DNA of 64,000 nt. Origin: Sarea resinae (taxonomy: Eukaryota). Every line of letters starts with the position of its first letter. Positions within the stretch are counted from its first letter, which is position 1. The notes beneath the pieces are model-generated. The model did no database searches. It was not told the origin of the DNA and saw nothing but the letters and a program-made list of their open reading frames with translations. Both the position numbers and the translations under genes were made by a program. The stretch spans positions 62,001 to 126,000 of the forward strand of contig JAPEUD010000064.1 in NCBI GenBank assembly GCA_026026165.1. The letters are read 5' to 3'. Positions 63,243-64,000 of this stretch are shown in pieces.

Positions 63243-64000
63243 CCCATTGTGCGTCTGCTTCTCCTTTGAATCTACAGACGATCTTCATCTTCTAGGAGAA
63301 ACACGCTGAGAGAGCAAGGAAATGGAACGCGGGTTTGGAGACAACGTCAAGTTGTACTTGGATTAAATTGCACATACTTTTACATGGCATTAGCTGGCAT
63401 CAGCCGAGGTCTCACTACAAACAATAGAAATTACAGAATTGTATATCCAACATACTGTTCAGACTAGCATAACGTGACGTGATTGTAGATCCGACCTCCG
63501 TTGGTAGAAACTTGACGTGCACGCATTTGCAAGTGTGAACGATGAAATGACGGAGATTGGATGAAAGTTGCCTGCCTACTGTCCGCTTTAGGACGATCGA
63601 AGAAAGGTGCTGCTGCTGCTGCCATCGGAGTACAGCAATCGAACCCATGCTTCTGAGATGTTGGTGAGATGCACTGGCATTCCCCAATGCAGAATCCAAC
63701 GAGAAGCGAGAGCAATCTTGGATGCGAATCGCTAGGCAGCTGGCGAACGCTCAATATCGAGAAGAGATGCGGCTCGCGCACGTGTTGGACGCACGTGTTG
63801 AACCGCAACTCAAACGGTCGTATCGACCGTTTCCATATTTTAGCAGATCTTGAACCGCGGGCCGTCTGTCCAGCTCTGGGGCAATGCAAGACGCCTGACG
63901 GAGACTGAGCAGATAGTCTGGCCGAACGTAATCCATTACTTCTCTCAGCTGCTCAACTTCACCCGACGTCAGCTCGGACGCCGGATCCCGTCGTGGCGCA

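Overview
This is filamentous ascomycete (Pezizomycotina-type) nuclear DNA with GT-AG spliceosomal introns carrying CTRAY branch sites, and many microsatellites. About 1-5 kb is gene-poor and repeat-rich. About 5-12 kb is decayed sequence with RIP-like TpA-rich patches and a frameshifted Ty1/copia integrase-RT relic. An isolated intronless membrane-protein gene lies at 12.4-13.3 kb. About 15-37 kb is a mostly housekeeping block: CFIm25, dephospho-CoA kinase, an orphan ~908-aa gene with a duplicated Cys-rich module, Ste23/insulysin, complex I NDUFS6, an Mpp6-like gene, a BCS1-like AAA ATPase and YjbQ. About 40-63 kb holds a secondary-metabolite cluster, possibly continuing past the window. Its core is a non-reducing PKS (SAT-KS-AT-PT-ACP-R) with no C-methyltransferase domain. 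Around it are an FSH1 serine hydrolase, a Zn2Cys6 regulator, an unusual membrane protein, an SDR, an EasG/FgaFS-like NmrA reductase, a stand-alone SAM-methyltransferase-like gene and possibly a GST. A recurrent CGG-containing motif (AAGTCCG / CCG-N6-CCG) appears in most of the cluster's intergenic regions. Exon structures were derived by hand, and family assignments come from motif recognition, not database searches.
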